A stretch of 64,000 nucleotides of DNA, taken from Sarea resinae. Taxonomy: Eukaryota. Shown here in pieces: positions 38,523 through 50,180 of this stretch (positions are counted from its first letter, which is position 1; each line of letters starts with the position of its first letter). Position numbers and translations under genes: made by a program. The stretch lies in assembly GCA_026026165.1 (NCBI GenBank), contig JAPEUD010000025.1, positions 62,001 to 126,000 on the forward strand. Reading direction: 5' to 3'. The notes beneath the pieces are model-generated. The model was not told the DNA's origin. It made no database searches and saw only the letters and a list, made by a program, of their open reading frames with translations.

Positions 38523-41362
38523 CTACGCTTGCTGTGTCGGATCATCATCACCACCACCACCATCTTGGCGACCGGAGTCCAAATGAAGCCAACCGCTGCT
38601 GTCTAGATTGCTTGAGATCGCGCGCGGCTGAGTGATCGGACGATTTTGGCCGGCAGGATGGGTACTGGGGAAGAGCTGATCGAAAGCAGTCAATTGGCCA
38701 TCGTAGCGCTCGAGCCCGGCCGAGACAAGATCGTGATACAAGGCCGTCTCGCTCGGCATGAAGATGAACTTATCAGACCAAAAGAGCCCATCATGCTCAC
38801 GAAGAAAGTGCCGAATCAGATCCCCGAATGAGTGATCACGAATGGCGAATTTGGGTGGACGAACGTGGTCGCTGATCTTACAAATGCCACAGCGGACTTT
38901 GCTGAAAAGCTCGTGGTGTCCCCCGCGGACGAGGGCGACGGCGAGGTCGCTGATTTGGGCATACTGGACATCCGCTTTCTTGGATTCTTTGTATCTCTCG
39001 ACCCCGTATTTGAAGGCGACCTGTGAGATTTGCTCAGAGGACAAGCCGGTCTTTTCGAGAAGATTCGCAGCATAGAGGACGTTCTCAGTGAACTTGCTGC
39101 CCTCGGGCCCATTTTGGGTTGGTGTAGATACCGTTCGCCCCTCGAAAGCCGGTATCACCTGCTGCATTGCGGGGTCTGTGGTTGGAGCGCGAACATACGG
39201 AGTGACGTCGTCAGGGTCCCATCTTCCGTTACGATCGTGATGCTCTGCCAGGACGGGTAGGTGCTTCGGCCACTCGACTATGCACCAAGGCACGCGCTCT
39301 CCCGCACTGACGGTCTTAGTATGGAAAACCCGATAGTCAGTAAGATCCGGGGCATGTCTAGCAGAGATGTGTGCGAAAAGCTGTTCGAAACTGAACCGAA
39401 CGTGGACATCAGTCCTGGTGCAGCCCGGGCATTTGTAGCTTTTTGCGGCCCTCAGTCTGCTGCTGCTCATGAAGCCACTAATATGAGGACAGAGAATCTT
39501 GTCGTAGACCATCCTTGCATCATCGAGCAAGAGGCAATACGGTCCACTGGAGCCCTGTGCCCATGGCTTTTCAACGGCAGACAGGCCATAATACTTAGCC
39601 CGAACAGCCTGTAGGAAAAGAAGGCCATAATCTGCGTCATCTACCGGGTCGAGCAACCTGGCTGCAGCAAATTCGCTCAAAACATCCTTTGCAAGCTTAA
39701 GCACGAACTGTTGTTCAGTTGTCGTGCAGCCCTTTCTGGATTGTAAAATCTTCTGGTACTGTTCACGCTTATCTTGCAATTCTTTGAGTTGCGCGGGAGT
39801 TAAATTCGACCCACTCAACCACTCCGCCTCTGACCGCTTCTCGAGGAGCTTTGGAAGTAGAGCCCTCCAAGATCTATCATTTGGCGTTTTCGCAATTTCA
39901 ATCGCACGTTTGTAGGCCGGAATGAACGCCAGCGTAGCCTCATCCATAGGTGGCACGAGGGTCATTGCCTTTTGCTTGTAAAATTCGATACGCTGGTTTC
40001 TGCGCGCTAAAAGGGCCAATTTCCTCGACTGACTTTCTTCCTCAAGCCAATCTTCGATTTTCTCTGTGTGCTCCATCCGCTTCGTGGTTGCATCGGCTTT
40101 CGCGTCGATCCAGTTGCGCCTTTCCTCTTCGCTGCGGACCTGACCTTCTTCGGCACATTGCAAAAATCCTTCGAATTCTTTTACTATGGCAGTAACATCG
40201 GACTTGAGCCAGGCCTTCGAGCGTCCATGTCCAGGTTTCGATATCACGCGCGAAGTGTATCCAGCACCTTCGTAGTTACCCCAGGAGTCGAGGACTGCGT
40301 GAGGGATACATTCGAGAATCCTGCCGTCGATGCTGTTTTCGATTTCTTGCACAGCAGACTCCTGCAGTATTTTTTTTAGCAAGGGAAAACATTTGAAAAC
40401 ACCATTCTGATACCACATACCCGTATGATGTCCTTGGCGAAGCAGACTTTGCATAATCTCGTCAGAAAAGCCCAATGGCATTTTCTCGTCTTCTTATTCC
40501 CGCAGCCCATGCAACCCATGCCTTCAATCAAGTTCACGTACTCCCACTCCTTCAATCCTGGCAACGGACCTGGCATATCTTCGCCGTAGTTCTGGATTCG
40601 ATTCATCGTCCAGGCGGACTCGTAAGATAAAGCATCTTGAAATGACCGATTGATTCGTTGCGCGCGTCCTAGAAACGTAGGCGGACAGTAGGAGAGGACT
40701 AGCTGCCAGACATCCATAGGCACTGCGGCCACGACTTCGCGGCCCTTGCGAAGCTTAGTAGGCCCTTTCTGCTTCGAGCGTTTAGGAGTTGGATTCCTTG
40801 GGCGCCCGCCGCCCCCCTTCCGCTTCTTGCCGTGCGGTTGTGCGGTTGATCCTTGGTCTTCAGGTGCCTCCATTTTCACAGAGTCGTCTAGGGAGCTATT
40901 AGGACCTTGACTATCATGTGAGCTTAGGGCATGCTCCTCTGCTTCTCGGCCGTTGATAGTTAGCTGTCCGCCGATAGCTTCAGCAGATTCAATTTGGGTT
41001 TGGTCATGCGGACTGGCACAGAGTTCCGACAGAGAGGGCATGCGTGGTGGCAGCCTTTCGGGGACGAGGCCGTCTTTGACTGCTCCACGGGATACTTGAG
41101 ATGTAGAGGTGATCAAGGCGTTGCCTTCGGACTTGATCCCAGTCGGCCAAAGAGGAGCATATCTAATATCGTTGGGTTGAGACATCGTAGCCATGTCTTT
41201 CGGAGTCTCTCGCGATTTGGCCAGGATTAAATCGGAGCTATTCATCGCATCTGACGGGAGGCGAATTGTGCTGGTATGAGGGTTTGAAGTATGAGCCGCA
41301 GTGAATTTGTCGTGTTGCGAGGTCATAGCTGCGCTGGGTGAATCCGCTTGCTCGTCGACCAT
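38523..41362 (-). CDS. F-box protein with Cys/His zinc-binding motifs, 2 coding exons
   Basis: Exons 41362-40421 and 40361-38523, with a GTATGT...GCTAA...CAG intron at 40420-40362 joining IIR|ESAVQ in frame. F-box-like VPMDVWQLVLSYCPP...RINRSF, CMGC/CKVC pairs and two C2H2-like motifs. Confidence 0.82.
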
Positions 41363-41668
41363 GGCTGGTTCGGACTTGCTCGTGGGGCTCGAAAGAGGAT
41401 GAACTTGGACTGAAGATGAGAGACACTGATGACCGGTCAGTATCCGATAAAGCAATGGTGAAGAGAAGAGAGACGTTATCATCTTACCTGGTGGAACAGT
41501 GCCTGTGATGGTAGCACGCCCGAGATTCGGCTTAGTGGCGATCAGCCTGCTCTTTCATCCTGATGTGTGATTGAGGTGTGATTTCTTATTTGAAGGTGTT
41601 AGTCGGTGATGGAAAGGCGTCGGTCCGATCAAACAGAAGGTGTTGGGACGTAGATTGCCGATCAACGG

Positions 41669-41725
41669 GAAGAAGAAGAAGATGATGATGATGATGATGA
41701 AGAAGAAGAAGAAGAAGGAGAAGAA
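41669..41725. repeat. Compound (GAA)n/(GAT)n microsatellite
   Basis: A gaagaagaa-gatgatgat-gaagaagaa run. Confidence 0.85.
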
Positions 41726-42834
41726 GAGGAGAGATACGGTAAGGTGAGGCAGGTAGGTCCAGATGGTTTCCCTTTATGAAAGAGAAGAGAACAAAGTGAA
41801 TTTGGGTTTGGTTGAATATCGAAATGTCAAGGTAGCACTCCGTAGTAGGCAGGTAAGGTAAGGTAAGGTAAGGTACAGACGGTACGAAGTACCCGCAGGC
41901 AAGGTGTCGCACGGTGAGGTACGAACGATAATCGATATCGATAGCAGATTGATCAAGATGCGTCACTTCGCCTCGCTTGATCTCGCTACTGTACCATGTA
42001 CTAAGTAGGTAAGGTAAGGTAGGTACCTTAGGTACTGTAGGTAGTACTGCAGTAGGTCTCGCTAGAGCGGGCGCCACAGGCCGTTTTGGGCTGAGTTTGG
42101 CCGTGGAGGGCGTTGACCCCTCCAGAAGATTGTTCCGTATTCTGCTCGTTCCAGATTGATATTGATGGAGATTCATCCACGTGACTTCCGGTTGCAATGC
42201 TCTTGTCCCAGCGCAAAGCCCAAGACCTCATTGCACTCGGGCTTGATCCGATCCAATCATCATCACATCTCTTCATTACGGTACTGTTCCTTGGGTAAGG
42301 CAGGCTCAGGAACGAGGGACGAGGTATGACAGGGTCGGATTCGCCTAATAGGATCGGCTTGATGCCCTCTAAATCCCCGCCGAACAGGGGCTTTCTGCGT
42401 GTGGGGCGGACCATCTCCCCTCCCCGCTGGTGCTAGAGAAAAAGAAAACCGAAGGGAGAGGAGAGGGACTAGAGTAATCTTCCCCGCGTTCATCTGACAC
42501 CAAAACGTGCTGCCGTCCCACCAGACCCCCGGACCCGACACAGCAGCCAGGGTCCCGCTGTGTTACTTTTCTCCGATGTCGCATCCCGCCCATCCCCCCG
42601 GACCCCAGCCGCATGATGATTACCATCATTGCAATGGCGGAGAATAGAACTTCGGGGTTTCGGCCGCTTACAAAAAGCTGCACAGCGCCCGTGCCGCAGC
42701 TGGCTGTAGCTGGCTGCTTCTTGCAACATCACTGCTGACACCTCCACATCAAGCGTTGGATGTCTTCGAGTGCGGAGCTGTCCTCTAGAGTCTTTTCCTT
42801 CTAGGTGATTGAAGCATCGCGCGGCATCTCCATC

Positions 42835-44610
42835 ATGGCCATGGACGAGAGTATGTGTACTGCTGTACATGTTCTCGAGCACCTTTTGGCTGACGAGAGA
42901 CAGAGCAGATCGACTCGCCAGAGATATTCTTGGAGCAGGGCCAGACTGACTATCGCCAGCCTGGCATCGACCGCTCCGACCGCGAATATGACGACGACCT
43001 GCACGTTCCATGTCCGTCACATACCACGGAGCAGAAGTTGCTCGCTAAGATTGATTTGCGCGTGATGCCTTTCTTGTGTATTCTCTATCTACTTGCTTTC
43101 TTGGACCGGTAATCGTCTTCTTATGTGGAGCCCCTATGAAATGAGTCTAGACTCAAGATTACAGGGTCAACATCTCGAATGCGTCGATTTTCGGACTACA
43201 GAAAGACCTGAAGCTCAACGGAACCAAGTATAACACGGCTCTGACGATCTTTTTCGTACCTTACGTTATCTTTGAGATACCCTCAAACATATTACTCAAA
43301 AAATTAAAACCTCATGTTTGGTGTATGTCAGGATTCTACGTCTCCGGTGGGCACTACTGATGAGCAATAAAGTATCCGGTTGTATGTTCTTCTTTGGCCT
43401 GGTCTCCATTTGTCAAGGTCTAGTACACAATTATAGCGGGTTGCTCGCAACTCGATTCTTCTTAGGCCTCTGCGAGACAGGAATGTTTCCTGGATGTAGG
43501 TTGAACGGCCCTCAGCTTTCTGCCAATATACTGACAACTTTGTAGGCTTCTACCTCATTGGCATGTGGTACAAACGATCAGAAGCTCAACGACGATATTC
43601 ATTTTTCTTCAGCTCGACGACTCTAGCCGGCGCCTTTGGTGGGCTACTCGCTAGCGCTATAGGGAAGATGAACGGCAAACGCGGATACTTGGGATGGCGA
43701 TGGATATTTATTCTCGAAGGCTGCCTGACGTGTGTAGTCGCCATAGTCTTTTTCTTCTTCCTCCCCAGTTTTCCCGAGGAAGCCACTTGGTTAGCAGAAG
43801 ACGAGCGCGCCTATGTCAAAGCCCGACTCGAAAAGGATCAAGGCAAATCAGCGGCAGAGAGGCAGATTGGCGTCAAAGATGTGCTCAACGTCTTCAAGGA
43901 CTTCAAGGTCTTTGTAGGCGGATTCATGTACATGGGACTAATCGTGCCGGCTTATGGTGAGCCGTCTTTCATTGAAGCCTTGCTCATCCTACAGGCTAAC
44001 GTCGTGTAACGCAGGCTACGCGTTCTTCTCCCCCGGTATCATCAGATCCTACGGCTATTCGCAGATCCAAACCCAATTGCACTCCGTGCCTCCCTGGGCT
44101 GCCGCTTTTGGCTTTGCAATGCTCATCGCCTACCTTTCCGACAAATTCAAGCATCGGTTCATCTTCGCCCTGATCCCCATATGTGTCGCCATTGCCGGCT
44201 TCGCCATTCTCCTGACTGTCCACGACAACAAGCATCTCCAATATGGCGCTTGTTTCCTCGTGGCCATGGGCTCTTATGCCGCTATGCCCGTCATTGTATG
44301 CTGGTTCAACATGAACCTTGGCGGCCATCACCGTCGCAGCATTGGGTCTGCTTGGCAGGTTGGGTTTGGGAATATTGGGGGGATCATCGCTACGTATGCG
44401 TTTCTTGCCAAGGATGCTCCGAAGTACAAACCGGGTTATAGTATATGTATTTCATTCATTTGTTTGAGCGCGGTCAGTTGTCTCATTTACCTCATTTCTG
44501 TCTGGATGCAGAACAGGCGCCGAGAGAAGGCGGGTACGGATCTAAGTCTGACGGAATTCGAAAAGGCGGAGCTGGGCGATTTAAGCCCGGATTATCGGTA
44601 TTTACTTTGA
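42835..44610 (+). CDS. MFS transporter, DAL5/anion:cation symporter (allantoate/nicotinate permease-like) family, 6 exons
   Basis: Exons 42835-42850, 42904-43108, 43165-43322, 43373-43495, 43546-43956 and 44015-44610. Motifs KIDLRVMP, LAFLDRVNISNA, FEIPSN, RFFLGLCETG.FPG, WYKRSE, GWRWIFILEG and GNIGG. Confidence 0.94.
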
Positions 44611-45492
44611 CGATCCACTGTCAAAATCAAAGGAACCTTCATCTATTTCTCTGATGAGTGATGCCCAAATCACCTCGCTTGACCTAAATGGTGATATCAT
44701 AACATCTGTGACCCCAACCACAGGGGAAATCTCGCCGCATATTGAATTCTCTAAGACGTCGAGGAAGCCACATGTTTGTATTGGTCAGTATCAGAGTAGA
44801 ACGTCGCTCCTTCTCAACACGTAAATTTCTTGTAGTCTTCCAATTAACACGCGGATTGACACAAGCTCATTGATGGCACACTCACCATACCAAGGACAAT
44901 AAGGGTGCTGGCCTGTCTGTATGAAGCTGGAAAGTGGTTAATCTAGCAGACCTTCCTTTCTATTCTTTTCGTCTCAGTTGTAGTTTCTTGGTGATGGTTT
45001 GCGGAGTGCGTGTTATGACTTCTACCACATCGGGATATCCCATTTAAAGGAGGCACCTGCCAACACTTGCATCTGTCAACACTTGGAGACAGTTGTGTTA
45101 GGAGCATTGATAGACTGCTCCTACCACTTCAATGCCGTGGCTACGAGTGGTGCAAGCAAGTAATATTACTCCGCTTGCTTCACCATACATTCACTCCCAG
45201 CTCTCGCCTCCCAGGCGCCCATTGACTCATCCATTCGACCCGATTGGGAAGCAACGATGGATGAGGCAGATTTGAGTGAATGCAGTAGTCGCGTTTTTTC
45301 GCGTGGACTCGAGGATGAAGCATAAATATCCGTCGGGGAACGCGTCTCTTCGCCTTTTCACCTCCCATTCTCATCCTTCTCGTCAACAACTTCCTCTTCA
45401 CCGTCAACTTCACGACCACATCATTAACACTTTCATACTTCATCAAACGCCTTAACACTTTCATTGCCTACCCCACCTTCTATTCTCTCGTC

Positions 45493-45500
45493 TATATAAA
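45493..45500 (+). promoter_or_regulatory. TATA-like box (TATATAAA) followed by a pyrimidine-rich tract
   Basis: TATATAAA followed by ~160 nt of CT-rich sequence, the usual layout of a fungal Pol II core promoter, but with no downstream ORF. Confidence 0.35.
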
Positions 45501-45535
45501 GGCCTTCCTCCCCCCTCGTCCTCTTCTTCTTTTTT

Positions 45536-45606
45536 AACTTCTTCAACCTCTTCAACTTCTTCAACCTCTTCAACTTCTTCAACCTCTTCAACTTCTTCAA
45601 CCTCTT
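45536..45606. repeat. (AACTTCTTCAACCTCTTC)x~4 tandem repeat
   Basis: 18-mer (two related 9-mers) repeated about four times. Confidence 0.92.
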
Positions 45607-47200
45607 TCTTCTTACTCATCTTCTTTATCTTCTTCCCTTATCTTCTTCATCTTCCGCCACCTCGTTATCCCCCCCCCCGAAAGATTGAGTGTGAGGACTG
45701 CTTTTGCAGCTTCTCTTATTCCTTCTTTCGTCACTATATCCTTCCTGACTCGGTCTGCAGCAATGTGGACTTGAGAAAGAGTGATCTCGCAGCAGTGTGA
45801 GACACCAGCAAAGAGGGGCAGGGAACAGTGGGGTCGGGTTCCCTGCCATAGACCACCGTGAGCATATGCTCACTCAGCGCTTCAGCATCCCTTTGGATGC
45901 TCATTCCAGCGGTCTATACTCTTTCGCTGAGGCGAGTGACCAGCATTTATGCTAGACCCAGTGATTGCGACTGCTGCACAATGCCGGGATTACCGTGTTT
46001 CGGCGCCGTTCCCGGGTTGTGTCAGGAAAGGAGGGGCACGGGTGATTTCCCTGCTCGAGGCCACAGTGCGCACTATGCCTTTTCAGGCGCGTACTGAGTG
46101 ATCGTGCATCCAATGATGCACTTTCCATCGGTTCTGTCTTCTTCCCTTTTCCTCCTGGTTCTGTCGCACGCGTCTCGGCCATTGCAGTGTCTCCGTCTAG
46201 GCAGTGCCGAAACACTGTTCTTGGGGGCACTGTGCTGGGGAGCACGACTTTGCCGCTCAAGGAGTGATCAGTATGTTCCTTCAACTGATGGCACAATTTT
46301 CCTATGTCACTGCACAGAGAAAGTCAATAGCTTCGGTGCCTTCTTACGATAGGCACTAGCACAGACAAACTCAGAGTCAGCCGAATCGCGCTTGGTCTCC
46401 CAACATGGTGTCCTGCCGCAAGGCAGACATCTCAAGAGCCTTGCAAATGCCAATTTCCATAGATTTCTCTTTTTCTTGTGCATTTATATCATCCAGCTAG
46501 GAACGAAGTGTCCTGCAGTGCATACCTTCCAATTCCTCCGATGAATATGTGCTCAATGTGACAAAGATCGATGTCTAGGATGACCGTACAATCGTCGCTT
46601 GGGACTGATATCGTTGCCACACTACACCGAAAAGTTCATGAGTGCTGACACGCCGACCAAAGGCCAGGCTTTGCAAATCATTGAGAAACAGTAGGCTAGA
46701 AGCAATGAATATTTGTGATATCATATGAATCCTGTAGGAATGACACCTTTTCCATAGGTATCTCGGGGACCCTGGACGGACGAACTCGCGAAACCGTCTA
46801 TTCGGAGTAGGAATCGATGCTCAGGGTCAATCAGCAATTGAGAAAGGGCCGAATCCAGGACACCGTTAGCATTCGACTATTTGGAATATCTAGGATTGAA
46901 AACAACAACGGCTTGTTGGGACGAGGGGTCAGGTATGCTCGAACCGTGTTCATACTTTTTGTGAACTATTTCCTAGCTAGGGCTACCAGGGTAGAGAGAG
47001 GTGTGTGTTAACACCCAAGAATGTACATACGCACGTGGACCAACTTCCTCCGTCTCCGTAGTGAAATGGAATGAACTGGAATTTTGATCCCTCTCACCTA
47101 CCCTCTTCCTATATGTCTGCGCAAACCAAATGTTGGTCGAAGTGATACATTATAATCAGACAGGAGGAGGCCCTCCAATACGGGTTTTTTCAAAACTTGC

Positions 47201-50180
47201 TCATAGCTTCCCTTCGCCCTTGGCCAGATAGCCCTTCTCCTTCAACCAGGAAGCGACATCGTCCCGATCCTTCCTCAGCCAATTATCCTTGGCCTGGATA
47301 GCATCCAAGCTCTGCGCCAATCCTTGATTGAAGCCCTTGGTGCTTCTCTTGCTGAAGAAGTCCTCGATGTCCTTCTTGTGCTCTTCCTTAGTGAAGCTAG
47401 ACGTGCAGAGCTGGACTACAGTTCCGAGCATTGATAGACCCGGGGGGAGTTTCTTCTCAAGGGTGGCCCAGTTGTCCTTGGCCCATGCCCAGAGGGCCTC
47501 GATGCCCTCCTTGTGTGTTCGGAGACCACCGAGCGGTAGATAGATGTCTTGTTCCTTGACCTCCTTGCTGAGGGGAAGAGCGAGAGTTTGCTTGATAAGA
47601 TCAGGGTCACGGGCGCGGCCGATAGAGCGGAGGGCCGTGTTGCGCTCGTCGCTGTTCTTGGCCGTGCGATATTCGTTGAGGATGATATCGTACTAGGAGA
47701 GTTAGCAGAATGCTCAGTAAAGATTACCCAATTGTGCGTACTTCTTTCTTCCCGCCGTTTTGAAGCACGATACCATAGACGCTGCCGCGGATATTTGGAT
47801 GGAGTGCTTCGCGATCACCAGACGCAAACTTGTTGAATATGTCAAACGCAGCAGCAATGACTTTGGCGTCGCCAGAAAAGCCGGCACTGCCAAAGAGCAG
47901 GGCTTTGAATTGCTGTTGAATGTGGTCTTCGCCTTCATTGAACGCCCATCCAAGCTGGTGCGCCTTCTCGCTGACGATGGACCTTTGGAAGGCCTTAAGG
48001 CCGTTCTTTACCTGATCATCTTCAAAAATCCAGGCGTTCCGGATTGAAGCGATACGAGCTGTCATTTCATCCCACACGACAAACTCGGTTTCATCACTGA
48101 AGCCTTGCAGTAATGCTAGAATCCCTGATGTAGCTTGATACCCTGAAGCAGCCAACGCTCCGGCATCAGCAATCATGCCGGCACGATCCTCTATACTCAG
48201 CAGACCTTCCTTAGCAGCTTTCCCGAGCTTCTCGAGTCGTGCAGGAGAGTAAGAAGTCCTGTAGATACCAGAATGGTCGGCGTTGAGCTTGTAAAAGTCC
48301 AAGTCTTTCACCTTGAAGTCCAGGTCCCGACCGGAAAGAGTGAGCTCCTCGTTGACTCCATCCTTAGTCCGGAGGCCTAAGAAGACGGGGAACAGCGTCT
48401 TATCTTCTTCAGGCTTAACATCTGCCGTACGTAAGAAGCGGTTCTGCTTGACGTGGATTGAATTCGACTTTTCATCTTCTTCAACAGTAATAACTGGATA
48501 TCCAACGTTCTTGGTCCAGATATCCATCACTCTTTTGACATCCTTACCGCTGGCATCGCTCAACGCAGCCCAGAGATCACCAGTTTGAGTATTGCCGTAT
48601 GCGTGTTTCTTCAGGTATCTTCGGATGCCTTCTATGAAAGTCTTTTCTCCCAGATACTTAGAAATCATCCTGAGGACGCAGGACCCTTTAGAGTAGGAAA
48701 TTGCATCAAAAATTTGATTAATCTCATCAGCACGCTTGACGGGAACTTCAATAGGGTGACTGCTTCGCAAAGAGTCCAAGGCCAGAGCACCTTGTAGAGT
48801 GTCTGCGACGTAGCTCTGCCACACCTTCCACTCCGGGTAGAAAGCATTGCATGAGTACCAGGACATCCAGGTAGCGAATCCCTCGTTCAACCACAATCCA
48901 TCCCAGAAGTCCATGGTTACAAGGTTTCCAAACCACTGATGTGCTAATTCGTGCTGGACAACCTCGGCCACTCTCTGCTTGGTCGAGGCGCCACTTGTCT
49001 TCTCGTCGAAGAGCAGGTCCACAACTCGATACGTGACGAGACCCCAATTCTCCATAGCTCCAGCACTGAAATCAGGTATGGCAACCATATCCATCTTCGG
49101 CAGAGGAAACTTGCTGTCGAAGGTCTTCTCATAGAAGGCAAGAGTCCTAGCAGCCAGTTCTACAGAAAATTTGCCTTGAGAGATATCCTTGTCGGGGGTG
49201 GCAAAGACCCTGACTGGTACTCGAAAGTTGCTGGTCTCGATGCATTTCAACTCCCCAACAATGAAAGCAAGCAGGTACGTCGACATCAAGGGAGTCTTGT
49301 TGAATGTGACCGCCTTCTTCTTGGTCCCGCTTATTGCCGAGTCGACCTCCTTTTCACTGGCGACGTCCATATTGCTAAGGCATGTCAGGTGCTTATCTGC
49401 AATCAGAGTAATGGTAAAGGTCGCCTTAAGCGCCGGTTCGTCGAAGCTTGGGAATGCTCTTCGAGCATCAGTGGGCTCCATCTGCGTCGTTGCCATGTAC
49501 TTTGTGTTTCCTTCTTCATCTTTGTAAGACGATCTATAGAAGCCCGACATCTTGTCGTTGAGTTGGCCGGTAAAAGTATGCGTCAGCTTTGCTTTGGTGC
49601 CAGCTGGTATGGTCTTATCGAATGACACCGTCGTCGTCTGCGAATCTTCATTGTAGGCCAATTTTGGAGAGGAAGTGATCACGTCGGAGCCGGAGGAGAC
49701 CGTCGTCGAGTGGATATCAATCTCCAGTGTGTTCAAGGAAATCGAGTGCGTATCTTCAGCAACATCAAGGCTGGGGAGATGCAAATCAGCTGCGTTCAAA
49801 GAGCCTCTGAGAATTGACAGCACGCAAGAGGTGGCTTACTCGATGACGACGGTACCACTGTAAGTAAATTTTTCGAAGTCGGGCTCCAGGGTCAGATCGT
49901 AGTGCAATGGCTTCACATTAGCTGGCAGGACTTGTCGTCCCTTGGAGACGTCGACGCCGCCGCCGACGACATCAGCCATAGAGTGCGAATGACACATGGT
50001 CCGTTGATATGAGCAGTATCTCACGAGAGAAGGTCGATTCTGCTTCCGGGAGATCTGGAATGGACTTGGCTGATGGTGGAAGTTTCTTGACGAGAGTACT
50101 GCGGTCGATGCGGTCAGGAGAGGTCGCCTGCTTCCCGATGCGAAGGTGCGTTGTATGAACTTGGAACGAAGGCACTGCAT
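47201..50180 (-). CDS. APE2: M1-family zinc aminopeptidase (aminopeptidase 2), 3 exons, N-terminal presequence
   Basis: Exons 50180-49840, 49770-47742 and 47692-47201. Motifs [49 protein letters not shown] and YSKG. Confidence 0.96.

Larger units (their letters stand above)
44860..46450 (+). ncRNA. Candidate large structured non-coding RNA (unidentified)
   Basis: No credible ORF. More than 15 nested inverted repeats of 5-10 bp, G.U-compatible mismatches on the + strand and a GCAA tetraloop. See findings. Confidence 0.5.

Noticed and set aside
44651..44680. CTGATGA followed by a short stem (GTGAT/ATCAC), resembling a hammerhead ribozyme
   Set aside because: The required GAAA after stem II is absent (CTCG instead).
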